Virus record (IMG/VR): IMGVR_UViG_3300024999_000022
Reading direction: 5' to 3' (one strand)
DNA: 44,056 nucleotides
Origin: a virus
Below are positions 24,479-32,599 of this stretch, piece by piece; the stretch's first letter is position 1, and each line of letters starts with the position of its first letter. The position numbers were made by a program, and so were the translations under genes. The notes beneath the pieces were generated by a model. The model was not told the origin of the DNA and made no database searches. It saw nothing but the letters and a program-made list of their open reading frames with translations.

Positions 24479-26305
24479 TTATACAACAGGTCTTGAACCT
24501 GGAGTAGGATTAAGAATTGCTTCATTATTCCCAGGAGCTTGAATTCCTGGTATTTCTGTATTAGCCATTTGTTCTTGTCTAGCCTGTGCTGTTCCTAGGT
24601 CTTCTGGAGCTTGTATAAATCTATTTCCATCTAGTCCGAGAGAATCCATAATTTCTTTCATTACTTCATCAACATCAAGTTTAGAACCTGGGAATTGAGC
24701 CATGATACCAAGAGCTTGAGTCATTGATTGAACAATTAATGCAGGGTTAAGTTCTTCATCTCCAATAGCTATGTCAATATCGTAATCAGTATTAAATGCA
24801 TTATCTGTTATTGCTAGATATCTATCACCGCCCATTGTCTTAAACTCTTCTTTCATTCTATCTATTTCTGCCTCCATTTCACCTGGCATTAGAATAAGCC
24901 CAGAATTTATTGCATCGTTAGCTTTCTGATAAACTGCATTTTTAATATATTTATCTTCTTGTAATTCAAAATCTTTTGAGTTTCCAGTTATTCGTATAAT
25001 ATCTCCTGGACGAATTACCTTATTTATCAGTGGAATAAGTTTCTTTTCTAACATTTCCTTAATTGAAAGTCCAACATTTTCCTGAACTAAGTTGAATCCA
25101 ATCTTAGAACCACGCTCTTGAATTAGCGAGTTTGTAGCTGGAGTAGATGCTGATATATTTGAATTATCAAATGAACCAGTTACCTTAGTAGCCCAGTCCT
25201 TTGCGAATTCTTCATCCTTATAAGAAGATGGATCTACAGAACCAGAATCAATTCTATCAAATTCATCTCTAGCTCCTTTAAGCTTAATAACCGATGTAGA
25301 GAACAACTTACTCACCTGTTGTGGTGAAACGCCACCACGAGCCTTCCAGAGACCTGTCTGAGCAATTCTAGCTGTGTTTCTTCGTATGTTTACAGTTTCG
25401 TTAATCTGAGCTTGAAGTGAGAACAACATTTCTGCTACTCCACGTCCAGCAAGTCTATTCCAAATATCCTTAAATTTAAAAATTGTATAAGGATGATCTT
25501 TAACTTCTTTTATTAAATGGCATACTGGAACTTTATCTTTAAGACCAGATGCTACTATTAAACCATAAACATATTCTCCATCATCTGATTCTTTTCCAGT
25601 TAATAGGCATTTTTCCATCCAACCATATCGTTCATAAACATCAACCATTGGAATCTCTGAAACTATACTTCCTCTTGAGGCAATATCAAATCCACTTCTA
25701 TCAATAACCTCTGAACCATAAACATCCCCTACATTTGCCCATTTTCCAATCTTTCCTTCATCTTTAAATTCTGGTAGGAATAGAACATTTCGTTCTATAA
25801 TTGGTGTTTCATCTAAATTATTAGCAGATGGATCAGCAATAATATTTAAACAATCAATTACTCTTGCTTTAATTTCTCTGCCTTCTTTCCATGTTTTAAC
25901 ATAACAAGTCCCATCAATGGACATCATCCTAATAACGGTATTGATAAGTTTCCCAAATTTAATTCTATCAAGATAGTATTTTAAAACATATCTAAACATA
26001 GAAGCAATTCCATGAGAATCATAATTCTTAGCTTTAACTTTGATATCGTTTGTATCTATATCAATATTTTTAACAATGTCTTCAACTATCCACTCTGTTA
26101 GTGGAACAAATAGTTTCTTTCTTCCTGTAACTGGGTCTTTTTCAACATCAAAAACTCCAAAATAATTCTTTCTAGCTTTCTTAATAACGTTTTTCATCAT
26201 GAAAGAGTATCTATCAGTAACACTGACTTCTCCTTCTTCCCAATTTGTAACTTCATTTTGGAGAAGTGCTATAGCCTTACTCTCCTGGTCGTTTGGTTCG
26301 TACAT
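24479..26305 (-). CDS. Portal protein
   Basis: 608 aa, positioned between terL and scaffold. Size and order are typical of portals. Confidence 0.7.
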   Translation of the reverse strand: MYEPNDQESKAIALLQNEVTNWEEGEVSVTDRYSFMMKNVIKKARKNYFGVFDVEKDPVTGRKKLFVPLTEWIVEDIVKNIDIDTNDIKVKAKNYDSHGIASMFRYVLKYYLDRIKFGKLINTVIRMMSIDGTCYVKTWKEGREIKARVIDCLNIIADPSANNLDETPIIERNVLFLPEFKDEGKIGKWANVGDVYGSEVIDRSGFDIASRGSIVSEIPMVDVYERYGWMEKCLLTGKESDDGEYVYGLIVASGLKDKVPVCHLIKEVKDHPYTIFKFKDIWNRLAGRGVAEMLFSLQAQINETVNIRRNTARIAQTGLWKARGGVSPQQVSKLFSTSVIKLKGARDEFDRIDSGSVDPSSYKDEEFAKDWATKVTGSFDNSNISASTPATNSLIQERGSKIGFNLVQENVGLSIKEMLEKKLIPLINKVIRPGDIIRITGNSKDFELQEDKYIKNAVYQKANDAINSGLILMPGEMEAEIDRMKEEFKTMGGDRYLAITDNAFNTDYDIDIAIGDEELNPALIVQSMTQALGIMAQFPGSKLDVDEVMKEIMDSLGLDGNRFIQAPEDLGTAQARQEQMANTEIPGIQAPGNNEAILNPTPGSRPVV

Positions 26306-26480
26306 TTCTATATTGTTAGTTTATTCTTAAAAAAATACCATTTTCCTTTACTTGTGATATGAATATCAAAAAATATAAGACGTATCATTATATTTTTATT
26401 ATAATATGAATAAATAAATAACTTAAACAAGATGTGATATATCTTATTCTTAAATGATAGTTTTTTAAAATATTCGCTCA

Positions 26481-27773
26481 TTAGTATTCAATATTAAATT
26501 CTTCAAATTCTTCTTCTTTTGTTTGTATTTGGCTTCCTTCTGCGTAATATTTTAACATATCTGCAGCATGATTTGTCCAATCTTTCTTTTCTTTATCTTT
26601 AAATTCTCCTCTTTTCTCATCCCATTCTTTCTGATACTGAGAAATTGCATCTATAAACTGAGAACAATTGTCTTCATCTATGTACAACTGAGGAAATATC
26701 ATTCTAACAGCGTTAATTCCATCTTGAAAACTCTGTCTTTCTACTATTTCTCCTCTTAATCCAAGAGAATCAGCTGTTTCTAAACGAGTTTTCCCATTAG
26801 ATTCTCTTACTGCAAAATCATGTGGAAACAGATGAGCTTCGTAAACGTAAGGTTTATCAAATAAAACTCTTGCATAATGATCCATTCCTTGCCCAGAATT
26901 CTCATAATAATCTATCATTCTTCTCTCATTTCCTACGTGTTGGAAGAATCCTATAGCTGTGGAGTCATTCATTCCCCAGTCCCATGCTGTAGTCACAGTC
27001 AAAACTGGCTCATGAGGCACATTCTTTATTCTTTTCTCTTTATAAGCTCTAGCTAATTCTTCTCCATAATAAGAACCCTTTAGACTAGATTCAAAACTAC
27101 ATTCAAATTCTTGGTTATATTCGTCTTCTGTCATATTCTGACGTGCCTGTATTAAAAATTCCTCACTTAATATTCCTGTTTCAGATGCACCAAGCTTGAC
27201 ACGAAGCCAACTCTGTTCTATAATGTCTCTTTCTTCTTGCGTCTTAGCCAACCACTTCTCTTCTGGAAATCCACAATACTTGAAAAGTCTATAAAAGTCA
27301 TTCTTACCCTTAGGTGTTCCAATCCATATAGCAAATCCATTGTGGTCAGCTAGAGCTGGGAGGATAATTTCCGAATAAATATTCGATGGCTGTTGGGAGT
27401 ATTCGTCAAAAACAACTCCCCAGAGTCCGATTCCTCGAAGAGAGTCTGGATTATCCGCTCCGTAGAGGGTAATTCTGCTTCCATTTGGGAAATCACATCT
27501 AAGTTCTGCTTCGTTAAATTTGGTATGTGGGATGTTTTGTGCATACTTCTTTAGAATATCCCAGGCTACATTCTTAGCTTGACGATAAGTTGGCGCTATA
27601 TAGGCGTATCTTTGGTCTTTTTCTTGATTCCTAAAACATTCTCTAATTAGGTGGTTTAAAGAAGCTACAGTCTTTCCACACCGTCTGTGCAGAACCAAAA
27701 CTATTCTTTTCTTTAAACTGGTATGAAAGGTGGTTGCCCAATCTCTTTTCTTGTAAGGTATCTTTATATCCAT
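26481..27773 (-). CDS. terL: Terminase large subunit
   Basis: Walker A VLHRRCGKTV and Walker B GVVFDEY. C-terminal nuclease-like acidic motifs (AWDWGMNDSTA, HAADMLKY). Confidence 0.85.
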   Translation of the reverse strand: MDIKIPYKKRDWATTFHTSLKKRIVLVLHRRCGKTVASLNHLIRECFRNQEKDQRYAYIAPTYRQAKNVAWDILKKYAQNIPHTKFNEAELRCDFPNGSRITLYGADNPDSLRGIGLWGVVFDEYSQQPSNIYSEIILPALADHNGFAIWIGTPKGKNDFYRLFKYCGFPEEKWLAKTQEERDIIEQSWLRVKLGASETGILSEEFLIQARQNMTEDEYNQEFECSFESSLKGSYYGEELARAYKEKRIKNVPHEPVLTVTTAWDWGMNDSTAIGFFQHVGNERRMIDYYENSGQGMDHYARVLFDKPYVYEAHLFPHDFAVRESNGKTRLETADSLGLRGEIVERQSFQDGINAVRMIFPQLYIDEDNCSQFIDAISQYQKEWDEKRGEFKDKEKKDWTNHAADMLKYYAEGSQIQTKEEEFEEFNIEY

Positions 27774-27778
27774 TTCGT

Positions 27779-27946
27779 TTAACTCAATGTTATATCCATT
27801 TCAGTGTTCTGATATGCTCTCAGCGCTTCAGAATTGAGCTGTATGAGGTTTTTATGCTTAATGTGTAGTTCTTTGCCTATTGTCTTTTCTTTATACCCAA
27901 AAACTTAACTTTTTACTCCCAGTTGGACATAGGTTAGATTATACAT
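27779..27946 (-). pseudogene. HTH-like ORF interrupted by an in-frame TAA, 5 nt upstream of terL (pseudogene, or coincidence)
   Basis: Minus-strand reading: MYNLTYVQLGVKS-TAA-VFGYKEKTIGKELHIKHKNLIQLNSEALRAYQNTEMDITLS-TAA. The 41 codons after the stop have no start codon of their own until near the end. Confidence 0.3.
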
Positions 27947-28154
27947 TTACAGCACAACGCTCGCCTCCCCCTCCCCCCTTCTTGCTTCTTGTGTGTGTTG
28001 TGTGTTGTAACACTCTTTTATGTGTGTAATGTTTTTAAGGCTTACATAAGCCACTTGGTGTGTTGTGTGTGTGTTCTATTCTAATGTCGCACATTATCTA
28101 TTGTCCGACATTGTTTTGTTGTATGTGTTCTTTGTGCTTTACTTAAGCCCTTAG

Positions 28155-28505
28155 TTACTCTTCCCACTTAACAACCATACTGTTGTTCTCTGTTGGTCTA
28201 CCATTTAACAGGTTCTGAAGCTTCTTCAGTTTGTCTACGCTTTCAACGTGATCACGATAAGTACCTTTTAGTTTCTTAGCCTTGATTTGCTCAATACTAT
28301 CTGCTATAATGTCATCTAGTTGATCTGTAAAACTCTTAATCTCGCTTATGTAGGCTTTGTTTTGTGTTACACGCTTCTGTTGTGTTCTTGCTGTATGCTT
28401 ACTGTAACCTACCTGCTTCATTGCTTGGGTGATGTTTGGTAGTTCATTATTATTTATTTGTTCTATAACCTTTTGGGCTACTGCTTTAGCGTTGCTGTTT
28501 CTCAT
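28155..28505 (-). CDS. terS: Terminase small subunit candidate (HTH protein)
   Basis: 116 aa at the head of the late arm upstream of terL. HTH-like ITQAMKQVGYSKHTARTQ, followed by a coiled-coil tail. Confidence 0.6.
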   Translation of the reverse strand: MRNSNAKAVAQKVIEQINNNELPNITQAMKQVGYSKHTARTQQKRVTQNKAYISEIKSFTDQLDDIIADSIEQIKAKKLKGTYRDHVESVDKLKKLQNLLNGRPTENNSMVVKWEE

Positions 28506-28543
28506 ATTGTTTTTTTATTCTCTATATGTCAATTATACTTAAA

Positions 28544-28557
28544 CCCCAGAAATGCTG
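28544..28557 (+). promoter_or_regulatory. TATACTTAAACCCC motif, copy 1 (extended -10-like element without a good -35)
   Basis: Shares TATACTTAA with all the early promoters. The same 15-mer TTATACTTAAACCCC recurs at 28761-28775. Confidence 0.3.
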
Positions 28558-28761
28558 TATTGGTTTGTATTAACTGTTATTTGGTGTTTACAGTCTTTTG
28601 TGTTATAATATAGGGGTTTAAATTGAGTTGTAAGGTGTTTTAAGTTTTAAGTTGATACTCATACACCATTAAAGTGGTGCAATGTTGTTAGTGTTGTGTT
28701 TTGTGTGTTTGGTGTGGTTTAAATATATCTTTATATATATGTTCTTTACCTATATACTTAT

Positions 28762-28775
28762 TATACTTAAACCCC
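28762..28775 (+). promoter_or_regulatory. TATACTTAAACCCC motif, copy 2
   Basis: See copy 1. An additional overlapping TATACT precedes it at 28753-28758. Confidence 0.3.
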
Positions 28776-28804
28776 CGACTGTGGATAACTTTTTATTTAA
28801 ACGC

Positions 28805-28833
28805 TTGACAAGTTTTTATCTATATGCTATTAT
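28805..28833 (+). promoter_or_regulatory. Sigma70-like promoter opening the early arm
   Basis: TTGACA-17 nt-TATTAT. Confidence 0.6.
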
Positions 28834-28899
28834 TGATGTGTAAGTTAATAATAATCTAGTTAAACCGCCAACAGGCGCAAACACTAGACAAAAAACAAA

Positions 28900-29034
28900 A
28901 TGAGAATAAAAACGTGGCGCGAGCTACAACAAAAGGAACGGGCAGAGTATGTTTATTTAACTTGGTTGCTAATTGCTCTAATGGCAATAGGTATACTGGG
29001 GAAAAGTGAAGTTTTATCTTTAATCAATAACTAG
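28900..29034 (+). CDS. 44-aa membrane miniprotein (below the ORF-track cutoff)
   Basis: MRIKTWRELQQKERAEYVYLTWLLIALMAIGILGKSEVLSLINN, with one hydrophobic helix. It is the first ORF after the early promoter and leader. Confidence 0.35.
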   Translation: MRIKTWRELQQKERAEYVYLTWLLIALMAIGILGKSEVLSLINN

Positions 29035-29065
29035 CGTAACGCCTTTAGGCTAACCGCTTAAACTT

Positions 29066-30424
29066 ATGGAAAACAAAACTTGTTCAAATTGTAATGGAAC
29101 TTTTGAGGTTGATGATATGGTGGTTCACAATGAAGATATATATTGTGAAGATTGTTTTAATTATTTATTTACTACCTGCAGTATCTGCAATCAAACAATC
29201 TCAAACGATGAGTCGCACTATATTGATGATGAGATGTTTTGCGATAGTTGTTTTGATAAAAACTATTATGCTTGTGATGATTGTGGGGATATTGTTAAGC
29301 TAGAAAATACTAACGAAGTAACAAACGAAAAACTTGTTTGTAATAGTTGTTTTGATAATTACCGAGAATGTGGCTCGTGTGGAGATTGGTTTGATTATAA
29401 CGATAGTGGCGGTTATTGTGAAGATTGCGACCAGTATTATTGTTGTGATTATTGCCACTCTTGTGATTGTGGCACTAGTAATGATAATGAAAGAAAGATT
29501 AATTTAACTCCCATCACTGGCAGTGATTTTGGCGAAATTGTTAAAATTGATACGCTAGTAGGTGTTGAAATAGAGTCGGAAGATGGTAATTTTGAAATTG
29601 CACAAGAAAAATTACTAGATTGTTGCGGTTATAGTCCCGATGGTTCGCTTGATAATGGTATGGAAGTACAAACACCACCAGCCAGCTTAAACGAATTAGA
29701 AAGAATAATTAATCATACTTGTAAAGTTCTTACTGATAATGAATTTGTTGTAAATAGTTCTTGTGGGTTGCATATTCACATCAACGCCAACAACAGCAGC
29801 TGGAAACAGGTTAGGAATTTTCTTTTAACTTATCTAATGTTTGAAGATGTTATCTATTCATTTTTGCCACCATCTAGAAAAAATGGAACTTACAGCAAAC
29901 CGCTTACTAATGATTTTAGTCAATTAAAACTTTTAAAGATTTCAAGTTTTAATGATTTTGAGGCGTATTGGTATGGCTCGGTTGCTGATAATATTGCTGA
30001 TTTTTCTTACCGCGAAGCGTCTAAAATATGTAACCCATATCAAAACGTGGAAGAATTTATGTCTGCCAGGGAAAAACTAGAAAAAGAATGGAATAAAAAG
30101 CGAGGCAAAGACTACCGCAAAGATTTAAAAAAGGATAAGTGGAATAATTCCAGATACTACGGGGTTAATTTGCATAGCTTCTTTTTTCGTGGTACTGTGG
30201 AACTTAGACACCATAGCGGTACACTAAATCCCATTAAGATACTAAATTGGATTCAATTCAATCTAGAACTTTTTAACAGATCTAAGCAACTAAATAGATC
30301 TTTACTTTTAAAAGCTAAGCAAGGAACTGGCAGAGATGCAATTGAGGCTATGTTTAATACTTTACATTTAAGTAATAAAGAGTATTTCTTGGCTAGATTT
30401 GACTTTCTAAACAGAATAAGATAA
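29066..30424 (+). CDS. Amidoligase (GS-like COOH-NH2 ligase, Pfam Amidoligase_2 type) with four N-terminal zinc-ribbon units
   Basis: VGVEIESEDG, DGSLDNGMEVQTPP, SSCGLHIHINA, YYGVNLHSFFFRGTVELRHHSGTLNP. The N-terminal 135 aa contain eight CxxC pairs. Confidence 0.75.
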   Translation: MENKTCSNCNGTFEVDDMVVHNEDIYCEDCFNYLFTTCSICNQTISNDESHYIDDEMFCDSCFDKNYYACDDCGDIVKLENTNEVTNEKLVCNSCFDNYRECGSCGDWFDYNDSGGYCEDCDQYYCCDYCHSCDCGTSNDNERKINLTPITGSDFGEIVKIDTLVGVEIESEDGNFEIAQEKLLDCCGYSPDGSLDNGMEVQTPPASLNELERIINHTCKVLTDNEFVVNSSCGLHIHINANNSSWKQVRNFLLTYLMFEDVIYSFLPPSRKNGTYSKPLTNDFSQLKLLKISSFNDFEAYWYGSVADNIADFSYREASKICNPYQNVEEFMSAREKLEKEWNKKRGKDYRKDLKKDKWNNSRYYGVNLHSFFFRGTVELRHHSGTLNPIKILNWIQFNLELFNRSKQLNRSLLLKAKQGTGRDAIEAMFNTLHLSNKEYFLARFDFLNRIR

Positions 30425-30456
30425 AAATAAGAATAATTAACCTAAAAAATAATTTT

Positions 30457-31386
30457 ATGTGTGGACTATTTGGCTATATAACTAATAAAGATACTATTTT
30501 AACCGCAGAACAGCGCAAAAAAAGAACTAGAATTGCTATTGCGCTAGGTATTTCAATGGAAACAAGGGGAGAAGATAGCACTGGTATATCTTTGATTGGT
30601 AAGAAGTATGATATACTTAAAGCAATCAAGCCAGCGAGTAAATTTTTGCCAAAGATTAAAAATTCTTTTAATTTCAAACATAATTTACTAATTGGACACA
30701 CTAGATTTGCGACTATTGGAGCTATTACTAATCGCAACGCCCACCCATTTTTAATCAATAACATAATAGGAGCACACAACGGATCAGTAGATAACTATTT
30801 AACCTTTGACCATAAAGGAGAAGTCGACAGCGAGGTTATTTTTGCAGAACTAGGTAAGCAGAATAACGACTATAAAAATGTGTTAAAGCGTCTAAGTGGT
30901 TCGTTTGCCTTAACTTGGTACAATGTAGGAATTGAAAAGCTTTTTATTGCTAGAAACACTAACCCACTTGCTACCGCCTATATTAAGGAAATAGATACTA
31001 TTTTCTGGTGTAGTGAAGCTGAATACTTAAAGCCAATAATATCTACACAATTTGACCTCAAAAAGGTTAAAATTGACTATCCGTTAGCTGATTATGTGTA
31101 TGAAATTGATTTTAGTTTAAAGATAACAAAGAAAAAAATATCTTTTGCTGCTAGAGCTTACGCTGGAAATTACTACAACAACGGGCACTATAACGATTAT
31201 GATTTCAAAGAAGAAGAGTTAAGCGGTGTTGATGATTTTGAATATTGTGCTTACTGTGGAGAGCCTATCAACGAAGACGAAACTAATTTTTTCAGTGATG
31301 AGCTTGATTGCTATTTTTGCCCATTTTGTGCTGAAGCTGCAAGTTATGATGGTGCTAATGTAGTTCCTATAATTCTAAATAAATAA
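30457..31386 (+). CDS. Class II (Ntn) glutamine-amidotransferase-like protein with C-terminal zinc ribbon
   Basis: N-terminal MCGLFGY (nucleophile Cys2), GHTRFATIG, NAHPF, AHNGSVDN. C-terminal CAYCG ... CYFCPFC. Confidence 0.75.
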   Translation: MCGLFGYITNKDTILTAEQRKKRTRIAIALGISMETRGEDSTGISLIGKKYDILKAIKPASKFLPKIKNSFNFKHNLLIGHTRFATIGAITNRNAHPFLINNIIGAHNGSVDNYLTFDHKGEVDSEVIFAELGKQNNDYKNVLKRLSGSFALTWYNVGIEKLFIARNTNPLATAYIKEIDTIFWCSEAEYLKPIISTQFDLKKVKIDYPLADYVYEIDFSLKITKKKISFAARAYAGNYYNNGHYNDYDFKEEELSGVDDFEYCAYCGEPINEDETNFFSDELDCYFCPFCAEAASYDGANVVPIILNK

Positions 31387-31390
31387 ATAT

Positions 31391-31540
31391 ATGAAGCGAC
31401 AAGCTATTTTAAGCCTTAAAAGGTTTAAAGAATGGAAAAAGAAATGCAGTATTGATTTTTTAGAAGCTAATAAGCGCAGTATAAACAGCATAGAGCGCCA
31501 ACTAGAGAATGAGCTAATCAATATAATAACAAAAATATGA
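31391..31540 (+). CDS. 49-aa basic helical miniprotein
   Basis: MKRQAILSLKRFKEWKKKCSIDFLEANKRSINSIERQLENELINIITKI. Begins 5 nt after the previous stop. Confidence 0.35.
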   Translation: MKRQAILSLKRFKEWKKKCSIDFLEANKRSINSIERQLENELINIITKI

Positions 31541-31665
31541 GTATTGAAGACTACATCTTGGAGATGTCAACTATGGGAACGATGACAGACTAACTATCTT
31601 TTAGCACTTGCAAGCGATTGTGAGTGCTATAAAGGTCGCTAGAATAATTTTAAAACTATAACAAT

Positions 31666-31869
31666 ATGGAATTGATGATATCAGCACTAAACCTACAACT
31701 TAAGAGCGTAGAAAATCAATATCTCCCCTATAATTTTGAGTACAAGATTATGCGAAATACCGTCTTAGAAATAGCTACTGCTCTATTGATGTGTGATATA
31801 ACTTCTTCAGACGCTCGCATACTTAAAAAATTTATTACAGACAATCCAATATCAATATTTGAAGATTAA
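31666..31869 (+). CDS. Hypothetical small protein
   Basis: 67-aa ORF with no recognised motif. Confidence 0.4.
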   Translation: MELMISALNLQLKSVENQYLPYNFEYKIMRNTVLEIATALLMCDITSSDARILKKFITDNPISIFED

Positions 31870-31876
31870 CTAGTAT

Positions 31877-31905
31877 TTGACAACTAGCTTTTAATCTGAT
31901 ATACT
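31877..31905 (+). promoter_or_regulatory. Early-family promoter
   Basis: TTGACA-17 nt-TATACT followed by TAATATAC. Confidence 0.6.
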
Positions 31906-31963
31906 TAATATACAACCTAATAACTTAACACGTTAAACCCCGAAAGGGCAACTAACGCCAACA

Positions 31964-31989
31964 GGATCACTAACAAAGTGGTCTTTTTG
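31964..31989 (+). terminator. Intrinsic terminator about 60-80 nt downstream of the 31877 promoter
   Basis: GGATCAC-TAACAAA-GTGGTCT hairpin (6-7 bp with G.U pairs) followed by TTTTT. Confidence 0.5.
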
Positions 31990-32112
31990 GCTTTCCTATT
32001 TATGATCTATGTTAACATTGATTTGAACTAGTTAACATAAAACCAAGAACTTGACACGCAATTAGAGTCCAGGACTCCGAACATTTTTTATTCAAATTTT
32101 AAATTTACTGGA

Positions 32113-32150
32113 CTGTCTTTACGTATAATGTAAGACAGCAAATTTTCTAT
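32113..32150 (+). terminator. Terminator-like hairpin
   Basis: CTGTCTT(T)AC-gtataat-GTAAGACAG (9 bp, one bulged T) followed by the T-rich caaattttctattttta. Confidence 0.4.
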
Positions 32151-32190
32151 TTTTATGATTTTTTAAAAACCAAAAACATTGGTCGGGTTT

Positions 32191-32445
32191 TTATTTTAGC
32201 ATTTTATTATCTTTTAGTACAGCATACAGTTGTTCTGCTAAAGCATCCACCATTGTTTCGTTTAACTGACTATTGAGTTGATGTATAATTTCGTGAAAGA
32301 GTGTGGCTTCTTGTTGACTAACCTCTATTTTATTTGATATCCAAATTTCATTTTTATCTCGTCTTAATTGTCCACATTCGTCAATTTCCTTTATAATAAC
32401 CTTTATTTTGTGTCCTCCGATAGTTAGGTTATTTGGTATTTTCAT
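32191..32445 (-). CDS. Small HExxH protein (ImmA/IrrE-like metallopeptidase motif)
   Basis: EIWISNKIEVSQQEATLFHEIIHQL. Start placed at the ATG (MKIPNN), 12 nt inside the TTG start used by the ORF track. Confidence 0.45.
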   Translation of the reverse strand: MKIPNNLTIGGHKIKVIIKEIDECGQLRRDKNEIWISNKIEVSQQEATLFHEIIHQLNSQLNETMVDALAEQLYAVLKDNKMLK

Positions 32446-32450
32446 AATAC

Positions 32451-32479
32451 TTGACAAGATTAAAATTTAGGAGTATACT
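32451..32479 (+). promoter_or_regulatory. Early-family promoter for the second amidoligase pair
   Basis: TTGACA-17 nt-TATACT followed by TAATATATGG. Confidence 0.6.
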
Positions 32480-32500
32480 TAATATATGGGGTAGAGTAAA
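32472..32500 (-). promoter_or_regulatory. Candidate divergent promoter for the HExxH gene, sharing the palindromic AGTATACT core
   Basis: Minus strand reads TTTACT-17 nt-TATACT. Its -10 overlaps the plus-strand -10 because AGTATACT is self-complementary. Confidence 0.35.
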
Positions 32501-32599
32501 CTCAATTATTTATTTGGAGCATATTACTCAATTCCTTAGATACGGACTGATGTACTCGCATAGCGGTATAATGGTTCTATAACAATTAATAAAATAAAT

